Shown: positions 45,660 to 55,241, numbered from the stretch's first letter. The stretch is DNA of 64,000 bases from Candidatus Woesearchaeota archaeon (GCA_964355135.1 CAYHCG010000001.1:146138-210137), one strand, 5' to 3'. Numbers and translations are program-made. Notes: a model not told the origin generated them from the letters alone.

Positions 45660-45911
45660 ATGAAAGAAGATATTGAACGCATAAAAGAAAGAAACAAAAG
45701 GGTAGAATCAGATAAGGCATGGGAAGGAAGCATTAGCAGAAGATTACTAATTGCTTTAATGACTTATATTGTTATAGTAATATTTCTTTGGACAATTAAT
45801 GCGCCAAAGCCTTGGCTAAATGCGATAGTGCCTGCAGTTGGATTTATTCTTTCAACCTTGACTTTATCTTTCTTCAAAAGATTTTGGCTTAATAACATTT
45901 ACAAAAAATAA
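45660..45911 (+). CDS. small membrane protein
   Basis: Two hydrophobic segments follow a charged N-terminus. Confidence 0.5.
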   Translation: MKEDIERIKERNKRVESDKAWEGSISRRLLIALMTYIVIVIFLWTINAPKPWLNAIVPAVGFILSTLTLSFFKRFWLNNIYKK

Positions 45912-46216
45912 TTATTGATCTAGAATTAATTTTAGTATTTCTTATACAACGCTGCCTTTAATAGGGGGTTATCTTAGACTGAAAATGGAAGACGAAAACA
46001 CAAACAGAAAGAAAAAGAGACAACAAGAGGGCGGAAGCAACACTGGTACAGACACCAGTAGCAGCCAAAATGATGACAGCGATGAAAGATAAAATCGCAA
46101 GATAAATTTTAATTTTTTTGTAAATTTTTTTATTTAGTCGGAACTATATAAGATCATAACTTCATCAAGTGAAAGTAGTAAGCAACTTTTAAATAAAAAT
46201 TAACTCAGGAGTTAGT

Positions 46217-48364
46217 ATGAAAATGGGAAAGTTATCCTACTTACTTGTAATACTCTTAGTTGCATTGACCTTTATTGGACTAACAAGCGCTGCATTGATT
46301 ATCAATGAAATTGAAGTAAATCCTCCAGGCAGTGAAGCTGGAAATGAATGGATTGAACTATTTAATGATGGTACGCCAGTTAATCTAAGCGGATGGTATA
46401 TCCAAGATAAAGACGGAAATAATTATAGTTTTGGAGAAGTTATAGTAACTCAGTTTTACGTTCTTGACGGGTTAAGTGGACTGGAAAATTTAAATCAGGA
46501 TTTAAACTTGTATGATAAGAATGGCGCTATGAAAGATTCTTATGAGAATTTTGATGATATTCTAAACAGTGATATGACTTGGAGCAGGATGCCGGACGGG
46601 ACAGGAAATTTTGATTTTAAGACTAGCACTAAAGGATTGCCAAATGAGGAAATAGAGATAAATGATAGAGATTCAACTCCAAGTTGCATTACCGCTTCAA
46701 CGAATGTAACTTTGAGCGCGAGTGTGACTGGATTTTGTGTTACAAATGTAGTTTTCTCTGTACTTGTAGATGGAAGCTGGATAAACTTTAACGGAATAAA
46801 AAACGGTGATGAATACAGCGCTAGAATACCTTCAATACTACTGAATGCCTCGGAGAGTGTTGACTGGACTATGTCTGCAACTGACTGTTTTAACACTACT
46901 ATGCAAGATGGAATAGAGAGTTTTTATGTAAATTCAAAAACTATGTTAGAAATTGATCCTACAAATCCTAGTGGTTTAGGTGGATGGTATGTGACTGAGC
47001 CTTTTTTTGAATTGATCAACCCTGATGCTGCGATGTTATTCTATCAGTGGGATTCCCAGCAAAGCAATGAATATACTGCTCCTTTTGGATTAGAAGATGT
47101 TCCTAACAATGCAAATGTAACTGGAGGAATACTGGAATTAAATTATTGGAGTGATGTCTGTAATGAAGAACGTCATAGGGTATTGCTCAAAACAGACTTT
47201 AAAGATCCGGAAATAGAAGACTTGCAACCTGCGCAAGGATCAGTAGTAATCAATAATCCAAGGCCAACTATAAGCGCATTACTTGATGAAGTATATCAGT
47301 CAAATTCTGGAATTAATAAGAGTGAAGTTGAGATGTATCTAGATGGAGTAAAGGTAAATGCTGGAGTAGAAACGTCTGGCAGCATTTTAGATGCAGAGAT
47401 ATCTTTTACTCCTTTAAGTGATCTATCTGAAGGGAACCATAGCGTTAGGATAGATGCAAAAGACAATGCTGGAAGAAGTTCAAGCATGGGCTGGAACTTT
47501 ACTCTTACTCTTAGTGTTGCAATTGAGTTTGAGGTTAATAGCCCTATAAATAAAATCTATAAGAGCAAGAAAGTGCCTTTTAACATAAGTGCCTCTGAAG
47601 TTCTTGATACTATTGAATATATTAATTATAATGAAAACACTCCAAGATGGAGATTATTATGCCACAGTTGCATGGAATATGGCAGTATGAGGAAAAAGGA
47701 AAGAAGCCTAGTGGAAGGCGAGAATAATATAACTATAAGAGGAATTAGTATTTACGGACAGGTAATTGAAAGGAATGTTACGTTGATGATTGAATCCAGA
47801 TCTCCAAAAATAAGTAAAACTCTTCCGCAGAGAGGTTTTACATCAGGCAATTTCACTATAGTGTTTGAAGAAGAGAATCCTGTGAATGTGACTTTGGTTT
47901 ATGGAAATTCCTTTAGCGGCATGCGCACGGCAGAAGTAGACTATTCCCAATGTGAAACAGAAAGAGACTTTGAGTGCAGCATTTTAGTTGATTTGATAGA
48001 TTATCAGGAGGCAGAAATTGAGTATTACTTTATTGTTAGTGATATAGCAAACAATACTGCTATTTCAAGAAGTAGAGAACTGATAGTTGACGCAGTTCCT
48101 CCCGCCATTAATGAATTTGGATATAATATTACAGATAGAAAGGTTGACTTTATGTTTAATATTACTGAAATGAATCTAAAGAAAGTGTATTACACTGATC
48201 ACAATGAAGCAAATCCACGCGGCAGGACTTTATGCACAAGACTTGTTGATGAACTATGTAAGAAGAAAGTGACTTTCTCGAGTGGAGAACATAATCTTAC
48301 CTTGACTGTTGAAGACAAAGCAGGGAACAAAGAAAATATTGAGAATATAGTTTTTGTTGTTTAA
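46217..48364 (+). CDS. secreted protein with an N-terminal lamin-tail domain (LTD) and C-terminal Ig-like units
   Basis: There is a signal peptide. LIINEIEVNPPGSEAGNEWIELFNDGTPVNLSGWYIQD is the LTD signature. The C-terminal half is colinear with 4409-6118. Confidence 0.8.
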   Translation: MKMGKLSYLLVILLVALTFIGLTSAALIINEIEVNPPGSEAGNEWIELFNDGTPVNLSGWYIQDKDGNNYSFGEVIVTQFYVLDGLSGLENLNQDLNLYDKNGAMKDSYENFDDILNSDMTWSRMPDGTGNFDFKTSTKGLPNEEIEINDRDSTPSCITASTNVTLSASVTGFCVTNVVFSVLVDGSWINFNGIKNGDEYSARIPSILLNASESVDWTMSATDCFNTTMQDGIESFYVNSKTMLEIDPTNPSGLGGWYVTEPFFELINPDAAMLFYQWDSQQSNEYTAPFGLEDVPNNANVTGGILELNYWSDVCNEERHRVLLKTDFKDPEIEDLQPAQGSVVINNPRPTISALLDEVYQSNSGINKSEVEMYLDGVKVNAGVETSGSILDAEISFTPLSDLSEGNHSVRIDAKDNAGRSSSMGWNFTLTLSVAIEFEVNSPINKIYKSKKVPFNISASEVLDTIEYINYNENTPRWRLLCHSCMEYGSMRKKERSLVEGENNITIRGISIYGQVIERNVTLMIESRSPKISKTLPQRGFTSGNFTIVFEEENPVNVTLVYGNSFSGMRTAEVDYSQCETERDFECSILVDLIDYQEAEIEYYFIVSDIANNTAISRSRELIVDAVPPAINEFGYNITDRKVDFMFNITEMNLKKVYYTDHNEANPRGRTLCTRLVDELCKKKVTFSSGEHNLTLTVEDKAGNKENIENIVFVV

Positions 48365-48440
48365 AAAATACAGCGAAAGTAGTTTTACTGAAAAAAAGTG
48401 GTAAGATTGATTTAAATAAAAGAAATTTATTAGAAAAGAC

Positions 48441-51400
48441 ATGGTGAAAAAAAGAGAAACAATTTTATTTTCGCTGGTATTTATTTTATTTATTGGATTT
48501 TGCGCGAGTGTTTCTGCTGGTGATGTCGCTTATATCTATAGTAAGAGTTTTAGAATTGATGATAATATAGTTAATGCTATAAAAAATTTGGGCTTTACTG
48601 TTGACTTGATACAGGAAAATAATATTCCAAGTAATTTGAATAATTATAAATTTATTTTTGTTGGTGATGAAAGCTTTAGAGATGAGAAAAAAGTCCCTGT
48701 GAATAAATATCCTGCTATTGTTGTTAATTACTATCATGCTACTGAATGGGGTCTTGCTGATCAGGAAGGAGTTAGCCTACTTGCACAGAATAGTCCTTTA
48801 AGTGTTAGAAAAGATGGGAGATTGATTCCTGCTTATACTAGAGCATATGCTTCTGATGGTACTGCCTTGCCTTATTATTATCTGGATATGGAAGACAAGG
48901 CGCCAGTACTAAAAGATGTTGCTTTTACTGAAACTACTTCTTCTGGATCTAAGTTTGGAACGGTTATTGCTACTGCTGATGCAGGATCTATAATGGCTAA
49001 TGGAAAAGTACAGGCCGGAAAGTTATGCTTTTTTGGGATAGTAGAGAGCGATTATTGGACAACTGGATCTAAGAATTTGTTTAATGAATGTGTAGGATTT
49101 GTATCCTCACAATGCACTACTGATAATGAATGTTCTAATCAAGTAATTAATGGGACTCCTTTCTGTCATGAAGGAGATGTTTACCAGCAGGTTACCTTGA
49201 ATAAATGTGTTATTCAGAACAATGTAGGAAGATGCATGCCTCAAAATAATAGTGTTTTAGTTGAAGAATGCCAGTTTGGCTGCAATGATGGAATGTGCAT
49301 CGGAGGCAAGCATGATGTTGCATTAGTTGATTTTTCTAATTCTGTACAGAAAATAAGACTAGAGTATACTAATGGAACAGATTTATTAGGGAATACCTTG
49401 ATGTGCAATCAAGAATACAAGATTTCAGTAACAGTTGAAAATAAAGGAGATTTTATAGAGAATGTTACTTTTGAAGGAGGTGTGGGAAGCATAGAGTTTG
49501 AGCATTTACCTATTGAAAATTTACTAGTGGATGATAAGAAATTAAAGACGAAGACTGTTAACTTCAGCTTAGGTGAAGGGAACTATAATATTACAGTACG
49601 GGCCATTATTGATAGTGATGACGATTTAACTAATAATCAAGCAAAGAGAGAAGTAGTTGTCTCATGTATGCAACCCTCATGTTTTAGAGATTCAGATTGT
49701 GGCACTGATGGATTTATCGGAGAAAACATGTGCGTTGGAAAGAATGTGACTCGCGACTATAAATTATTTACCTGTAATAATGCAGGAACACTGCAGAGTT
49801 CATGCACTTCTAGAATAGAGAAGAGAGTAACTCAAATCTGTAGCGATCTGTGTACAAATGGACAGTGTGAAGGGGTAAATTGCCATAATGATGAAGATTG
49901 TGCTGATTCTAATCCTTTGACTAAAGATGAATGTATCAATCCTGGCACAGTTGTAAGTGAGTGCAGAAATACTCCTATTAATTGCGCAGCTAATGCTGAT
50001 TGTGGATTTAGTGGCTTTATCGGAACAGAATTCTGTTCTGTTAATAATGTGAAGAAAAACTTCCAAAATGCTATTTGTAATAATGCAGGCACCTTGCAGA
50101 GTTCTTGTTCTATTACAGTGGAGCAAAGAGATGTAAATCAATGCGAGTTTGCTTGTTCAGAAGGAGCTTGCATAAGGTGTGATACCAATGCTGATTGTGA
50201 TGATAGTAAAGGAAATACTCAAGATACCTGTAGAAATGCGGGCACTGAAGAGAGTTTCTGTACTAATGAGGTAGATGAAGAAATTACCTGTAAAATGGAT
50301 AGCGATTGCGGTTCAGACCAGATATTAAGCCAGCCTTTCTGCTCTGTAAATGATGTAAATCAATTGGTTAGAAAATGGCACTGTATGAATCCTGATTCTG
50401 TTGTAAGCTTCTGCACTTCAACTATTGAGCAGGAAGTCAAGCAGACGTGTAGCAATTTATGCTCAGATGGAAGATGTGTTGATATAGAATGTTTCAATAA
50501 TGCAGATTGTAATGATAATAATAGCACTACTACAGATATCTGCAGGCACCCTGGAACGGAACAAAGCTTCTGTACTAATGATAATATTGTAGCAATCTGT
50601 CACACTGATTCTGATTGTGGTATGGATGGATTTATCAGTCAGAATATCTGCTTTGGAAATAATGTAACAAGACTATTCCAAGATTATACTTGTAATAATC
50701 CAAGTACGAGCGTGAGTTTCTGTTCTTCTGAACTAAGACAGCAAGTTACTCAAACCTGCAGCAATAGTTGCTCTAATGGAGAGTGTACTACACAGACTGG
50801 AGAATGTACTCCTGGGCAAACAAGAGCGTGTGGTAGCAGCGGCACTGGAGAATGCAGAATGGGAACACAGACTTGCGAAAGTAATGGATTTTATGGAAGT
50901 TGCAGCGGAGCAGTCAATCCTGTGAGTGAAATATGCGACAGTAAAGACAATAACTGTAATGGGCAAACAGACGAAGGAAATGTTTGCACAGTTCAATGTC
51001 AAGACGAATGTTCTCAAACAGGCTTGACACAATGCTCTGGAAATGGATACAAGACTTGCGGAAACACAGATAGCGATAGTTGTTTAGAATGGAGCACTAC
51101 TGTTACTAACTGTGCAGCAGGGCAAAGCTGTACTAACGGGCAGTGTACTAATAATCCCCCACAGTGTATACCTAGTACGGAAGTGTGTGACAATAAAGAT
51201 AACGACTGTGATAGCAGCGTAGATGAAAACTTTGGAACTAATACCTGCGGCGTTGGAGCTTGCCAGAGAACTGTTAATATGTGTGTGAATGGACAAACAC
51301 AACTATGTACTCCTGGAATGCCTGGTGCTGAAACTTGTAATAGTGTGGATGATGATTGTGACGGATCAGTTGATGAAGGCGGAGTTTGCCAACCAAGTTG

Positions 51401-52037
51401 CACTAATGATTGTACTTGGGGAAACATGCAGTGTAATGGGAATGGCGTACAAGTATGTGGCAATTTTGATTCAGATTCCTGCAGCGAGTGGAGCAGTATC
51501 AGTCAGTGCGGTAGTGGAAAAGTTTGTGAACTTGGCCAATGTATAAATCAACCTCCACAATGTAGCAATGAATGCAGTACGGGATCTAAACAATGCTCTG
51601 GAAATGGATACAAAGTATGTGGAAATTATGATTCTGACTCTTGCACAGAATGGAGCGGAGTTAGCCAATGTGGAACTGGAAAGACTTGCGATAACGGACA
51701 GTGTGTGAATCAACCTACTCCGTGTACTAATCAATGTAGTGATGGAACTAAACAGTGCTCTGGTAATGGATTTAAAGTTTGCAGAGACTATAATGGTGAC
51801 GGGTGTACTGAGTGGAGTAGCGTCGCTGCCTGTGGGACAGGAAAAGAATGTTCAAGCGGTGAATGTGTACCAATTAATAGTTGTACTAACAAATGTAACG
51901 ACGGTAGCAGACAATGCAGCGGAAATGGATTCCAAGTGTGCAGAGATTACAATGGAGATGGCTGCACAGAATGGAGTAGCACAGCTCAATGCGGTTATGG
52001 TAAACTTTGTCAAGGAGGATTTTGCGAACCACTATGA
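48441..52037 (+). CDS. giant secreted hyper-cysteine-rich modular protein
   Basis: A signal peptide is followed by a domain of about 195 aa, a CARDB-like domain, 5 modules of type CxxDxDCGxDGFIG...CNNAGTLQSSC..., MopE-like CD-x-(K/V)D(N/D)(D/N)C(D/N)(G/S)-x-(T/V)DE motifs, and 5 C-terminal modules of about 52 aa with 8 Cys each. Confidence 0.85.
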   Translation: MVKKRETILFSLVFILFIGFCASVSAGDVAYIYSKSFRIDDNIVNAIKNLGFTVDLIQENNIPSNLNNYKFIFVGDESFRDEKKVPVNKYPAIVVNYYHATEWGLADQEGVSLLAQNSPLSVRKDGRLIPAYTRAYASDGTALPYYYLDMEDKAPVLKDVAFTETTSSGSKFGTVIATADAGSIMANGKVQAGKLCFFGIVESDYWTTGSKNLFNECVGFVSSQCTTDNECSNQVINGTPFCHEGDVYQQVTLNKCVIQNNVGRCMPQNNSVLVEECQFGCNDGMCIGGKHDVALVDFSNSVQKIRLEYTNGTDLLGNTLMCNQEYKISVTVENKGDFIENVTFEGGVGSIEFEHLPIENLLVDDKKLKTKTVNFSLGEGNYNITVRAIIDSDDDLTNNQAKREVVVSCMQPSCFRDSDCGTDGFIGENMCVGKNVTRDYKLFTCNNAGTLQSSCTSRIEKRVTQICSDLCTNGQCEGVNCHNDEDCADSNPLTKDECINPGTVVSECRNTPINCAANADCGFSGFIGTEFCSVNNVKKNFQNAICNNAGTLQSSCSITVEQRDVNQCEFACSEGACIRCDTNADCDDSKGNTQDTCRNAGTEESFCTNEVDEEITCKMDSDCGSDQILSQPFCSVNDVNQLVRKWHCMNPDSVVSFCTSTIEQEVKQTCSNLCSDGRCVDIECFNNADCNDNNSTTTDICRHPGTEQSFCTNDNIVAICHTDSDCGMDGFISQNICFGNNVTRLFQDYTCNNPSTSVSFCSSELRQQVTQTCSNSCSNGECTTQTGECTPGQTRACGSSGTGECRMGTQTCESNGFYGSCSGAVNPVSEICDSKDNNCNGQTDEGNVCTVQCQDECSQTGLTQCSGNGYKTCGNTDSDSCLEWSTTVTNCAAGQSCTNGQCTNNPPQCIPSTEVCDNKDNDCDSSVDENFGTNTCGVGACQRTVNMCVNGQTQLCTPGMPGAETCNSVDDDCDGSVDEGGVCQPSCTNDCTWGNMQCNGNGVQVCGNFDSDSCSEWSSISQCGSGKVCELGQCINQPPQCSNECSTGSKQCSGNGYKVCGNYDSDSCTEWSGVSQCGTGKTCDNGQCVNQPTPCTNQCSDGTKQCSGNGFKVCRDYNGDGCTEWSSVAACGTGKECSSGECVPINSCTNKCNDGSRQCSGNGFQVCRDYNGDGCTEWSSTAQCGYGKLCQGGFCEPL

Positions 52038-52040
52038 TTG

Positions 52041-52072
52041 TTACCTTGGTCAGTAAATACAAAAATATTGCG
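52041..52072 (+). promoter_or_regulatory. conserved upstream motif, copy 1
   Basis: TTACCTTGGTCAGTAAATACAAAAATATTGCG lies about 20 nt upstream of the TATA-like CTTTATATAG of 52118-53155. Confidence 0.5.
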
Positions 52073-52117
52073 ATGGAGAACGATAACCTTTATATAGGGA
52101 CGAAAGTGAGGTAGAAC

Positions 52118-53155
52118 ATGCAAAAACAAACTCTAGGAAAATTAGGATTGGTCGGATTGATGCTAGGTAGCACTTTCGGATGCAGAAACAGAATCCAGCC
52201 TGAAACTTTACCTGCTAACAATGTTATTTTTGGAAGAACAATGGATGTTTATGAAGAAGATTTACAAAACTCTCCTGAAGGTTTACTTGATGAATTTAAC
52301 AGTATGCCTCTAGAAATTGCACCTTGCGCAAATGACGCTCCTGCTATAGTAGAAGTTGAACTATTTGATGATTTGAATAATAGAGATGCTCCTTTTGATG
52401 TTCAAGAAGTACGAAGTGCACAACACCCAAATGTAACTTATCTTCAATTTACAGATAATGCTGGAGAATTTGTAGATGGAGAATACTGGACAATGAAAGT
52501 ACGTTCTGGATGCAATAATGTTATTGCTGATTCAACTAGAGTTGTTAGTGTTCGTTATCATACAGGAAGCGGTCCTGCAAGATTAGATGATAGATTAGAT
52601 AATGTAGAAGATGAAGTTTTCGGATATGTTGTAGATGATGGAAAATGCGATTCAGCTTTAGGTGAAAATTCAGCAAACTCTCCAAGAGATTGCTACCAAA
52701 TGCCAACAGATCTTACAGACCTTCTAGCAGATACTTACACAGTTATTGTTGACGCAAGTGGAAACGAAGTAAGCCCAATGACAGTAACAGCTGGAAGCGA
52801 AACTGTATTCAGAGCTCAGTTACATATGCCTACAGAATTAGAAGATAAAGTTGGAGCTCCTTCAAACTTAGCAATTACAGAATTAGGATATACTGGAGCA
52901 GATGACTGCTTTAGAGTTGTCTCAGTTGGACAGCCTCAAAGAACAGGCGAACATCACGATATGGTAACTTACGAATCAACATTCAAAATGTTGAAAGAAC
53001 TTGGCTGTGCTCAGAATTATGAATTAGTTCATGCAAGCTTTGGACTTGATATAGGAAATGGAGATGTTAACTTCAATGACTCTGAAGAAGCAATGAAATC
53101 CAGAAGACCTTCTTACCAAACTACTGGTTACACTGCTCAGATCAACGGAAATTAA
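52118..53155 (+). CDS. secreted acidic protein with a lipobox-like signal
   Basis: LGLVGLMLGSTFGCRN. Confidence 0.65.
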   Translation: MQKQTLGKLGLVGLMLGSTFGCRNRIQPETLPANNVIFGRTMDVYEEDLQNSPEGLLDEFNSMPLEIAPCANDAPAIVEVELFDDLNNRDAPFDVQEVRSAQHPNVTYLQFTDNAGEFVDGEYWTMKVRSGCNNVIADSTRVVSVRYHTGSGPARLDDRLDNVEDEVFGYVVDDGKCDSALGENSANSPRDCYQMPTDLTDLLADTYTVIVDASGNEVSPMTVTAGSETVFRAQLHMPTELEDKVGAPSNLAITELGYTGADDCFRVVSVGQPQRTGEHHDMVTYESTFKMLKELGCAQNYELVHASFGLDIGNGDVNFNDSEEAMKSRRPSYQTTGYTAQINGN

Positions 53156-53271
53156 TTTTTTGAGTTTTTATTACTACTAAGTTTTAAGTTTGTGTTATTG
53201 ATTTTACTTTACAAATTCATTATTAGAGATCAAAACTTTGCCATTAACAAACAACGATGAAACTTGATTTG

Positions 53272-53304
53272 TTACCTGGACCAGTAACTACAAAAAACAT
53301 GTTA
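53272..53304 (+). promoter_or_regulatory. conserved upstream motif, copy 2
   Basis: TTACCTGGACCAGTAACTACAAAAAACATGTTA lies about 17 nt upstream of the TATA-like GTTTAAATAG of 53367-54377. Confidence 0.5.
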
Positions 53305-53366
53305 CTAAAGGATAATAAAGTTTAAATAGGGATGTTCGATAATGTTATTATTAAATAATTACTACA

Positions 53367-54377
53367 ATGATGAAAAAAACTACAACTACGCAAACTAACT
53401 TCGCTGGAATTGCACTATTAAGCGTTTTATGCATTTTACTTTTGATTGGAATAGTTGCAGGAACATTAATGCTTACTGATAACTCTAAATATACAATTAG
53501 TGAAAAAAAGAATAATCCTCTTAATAAAGTAATTAATGAAAATCTAGAGGGATATAGAACTGTTGTAAGTAATGATTTGTATTGCCCTTATACTATTGGA
53601 CAAGATATAGATAAAGATAATGTTGATGATTTCTGTGATAATTGCCCATTGCATTACAATCCTGAACAGTTTGATAATGATAGAGACGGAGTAGGAAACG
53701 ATTGTGATAGCACTCCAAATGGAGTATCAAAGTCTGATGCACCTACTGTGCCTGATACCCCGACAATGCCTGTTACATGTAGCAATAATGCGGATTGCGG
53801 AACCGATGGATTCATTGGCGGATTTTTCTGCTCATCTAATAATGTTGCTATAAATTATCAAATATTCACTTGTAATAATGCCGGCACAACACAAAGTTCT
53901 TGCTCAGTAAGAACTGAAGACAGAGTAATCAATACTTGCACTAATGGCTGTTCTAATGGACAGTGTAATGATCAACCACCACAATGCACAAACAAATGCA
54001 CTGATGGAGCAAGACAATGTTCTGGAAATGGATTCCAAGTGTGCAGAGATTATGATGGAAATGGCTGCACAGAATGGAGTAGCACAGCTCAGTGTGGATT
54101 TGGTCAGACATGTAATAATGGAAATTGTGATAGTCAACCTCAATGCACACCTCAAAACGAAGTTTGCGATGGTAGAGACAATGATTGTGATGGTCAAACT
54201 GATGAAGGCGGAGTTTGCCAACCTACATGCACAAACAAATGCACTGATGGAGCAAGACAATGTTCTGGAAATGGATTCCAAGTATGCAGAGATTATGATG
54301 GAAATGGCTGCACAGAATGGAGTAGCACAGCTCAATGTGGATTTGGAAAAACCTGTTCTGCAGGCCAGTGCAACTAA
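53367..54377 (+). CDS. membrane-anchored cysteine-rich protein with a thrombospondin type-3-like repeat
   Basis: An N-terminal TM segment is present. DKDNVDDFCDNCPLHYNPEQFDNDRDGVGNDCD is the TSP3-like pattern. One CGTDGFIG module and two 8-Cys modules flank CDGRDNDCDGQTDEG. Confidence 0.8.
   Translation: MMKKTTTTQTNFAGIALLSVLCILLLIGIVAGTLMLTDNSKYTISEKKNNPLNKVINENLEGYRTVVSNDLYCPYTIGQDIDKDNVDDFCDNCPLHYNPEQFDNDRDGVGNDCDSTPNGVSKSDAPTVPDTPTMPVTCSNNADCGTDGFIGGFFCSSNNVAINYQIFTCNNAGTTQSSCSVRTEDRVINTCTNGCSNGQCNDQPPQCTNKCTDGARQCSGNGFQVCRDYDGNGCTEWSSTAQCGFGQTCNNGNCDSQPQCTPQNEVCDGRDNDCDGQTDEGGVCQPTCTNKCTDGARQCSGNGFQVCRDYDGNGCTEWSSTAQCGFGKTCSAGQCN
53984..54103 (+). repeat. 120-bp intragenic repeat, copy 1
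   Basis: It differs from 54227-54346 at 2 positions. A roughly 70-bp core also matches 51921-51990 in the giant gene. Confidence 0.85.
54227..54346 (+). repeat. 120-bp intragenic repeat, copy 2
   Basis: See copy 1. Confidence 0.85.
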
Positions 54378-54464
54378 TTGTTGATTGACTAATTATTATT
54401 TATTTTAATAACTATTGAGTGTTTTAATTTATTATTGTTATTTATTGTCTTATTATTTTTCATG

Positions 54465-54496
54465 TCACCTTGCTTAGTAACTACAAAAATATTGCG
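54465..54496 (+). promoter_or_regulatory. conserved upstream motif, copy 3
   Basis: TCACCTTGCTTAGTAACTACAAAAATATTGCG lies about 17 nt upstream of the TATA-like ATTTATAAAG of 54555-55241. Confidence 0.5.
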
Positions 54497-54554
54497 TTCT
54501 ACAATAAGATTATTTATAAAGAAAACTTGGACTACTCTATTGTAATTAATAAAA

Positions 54555-55241
54555 ATGAGAAAACAAAATATCACTTATGCTCTAGGAATTATATTAGCAC
54601 TAATGATAATTCTAAATGCTGCACATGTTTCTGCGATCACTGGAAGTATTGGCAGCGCAAGAATGACCTTGCGCGCTGAAGTTGGAGAGGAAGTCGAGAG
54701 ATCAATTCTAGTAAGAAATGTTAATGATGTTGCAGTTAATATCAATGTTACTGCCTCTGGAGATTTAGCAGAGAACGTTAACTTAGATGAAGATAATTTT
54801 GACTTAGAGGCAGGAGAAGAAAAGAAAGTGTATTTCACCATCGAAGCAGATGAAGAAGGAACTACAGAGACAAGAATAACTATCAAATTCACACCTATCG
54901 AAGGGGGCAACGGCGTTGTATTATCTTCTGTTGTGAATGTGATTGCAGCAGGCGAGGGATCTGTGGACGATAGTGAAGAAGAAGATTTGAATGACACTGA
55001 AGATGGAAACGACTTTAATTTTGGTATCGGAAGCTCTGATGACTCCGACTCTATTGATGGTGAAGATAGAGATGCTACAGACTTGGAATTATCTCCTCTA
55101 AATATGTTAATGATTTCAACTATTGTACTGATTATTATCTTAGTAATACTTATTGTTTGGGCAAGTAAAAAAAGAAATAAAAGAAGCACTGCAGTGAATA
55201 AAACAGCAGTTAAAAAGAGGTCGGGGAGACCTAGTGAATAA
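54555..55241 (+). CDS. surface protein: one N-terminal module paralogous to 55234-59601, an acidic linker and a C-terminal TM anchor
   Basis: Signal peptide. SAITGSIGSARMTLRAEVGEEVERSILVRNVNDVAVNINV parallels SAISGIIGNTNVQMNGEAGKSYENYILVKNSNSFPVKITL. A C-terminal TM segment and a Lys/Arg tail follow. Confidence 0.75.
   Translation: MRKQNITYALGIILALMIILNAAHVSAITGSIGSARMTLRAEVGEEVERSILVRNVNDVAVNINVTASGDLAENVNLDEDNFDLEAGEEKKVYFTIEADEEGTTETRITIKFTPIEGGNGVVLSSVVNVIAAGEGSVDDSEEEDLNDTEDGNDFNFGIGSSDDSDSIDGEDRDATDLELSPLNMLMISTIVLIIILVILIVWASKKRNKRSTAVNKTAVKKRSGRPSE

Noticed and set aside
45985-46092. 35-codon highly charged ORF (MEDENTNRKKKRQQEGGSNTGTDTSSSQNDDSDER)
   Set aside because: It is low-complexity and short, with no evidence beyond an open frame in a long spacer.
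48441-54377. Regular DNA repeats that might suggest a CRISPR-like or satellite array
   Set aside because: The repeats are in-frame protein modules of about 150-190 bp with no unique spacers and no short palindromic repeat units. No cas genes are present in the window.
49800-54384. Multiple antisense or alternate-frame ORFs inside the Cys-module genes (49800-50141, 49832-50092, 50733-51032, 51014-51463, 51084-51302, 51289-51546, 51471-51734, 51739-52056, 53904-54335, 53944-54384, 53953-54150)
   Set aside because: They arise because the repetitive TGY/GGN/AAY-rich coding sequence is poor in stop codons in other frames. Only the annotated frames give a signal peptide and coherent repeat modules.
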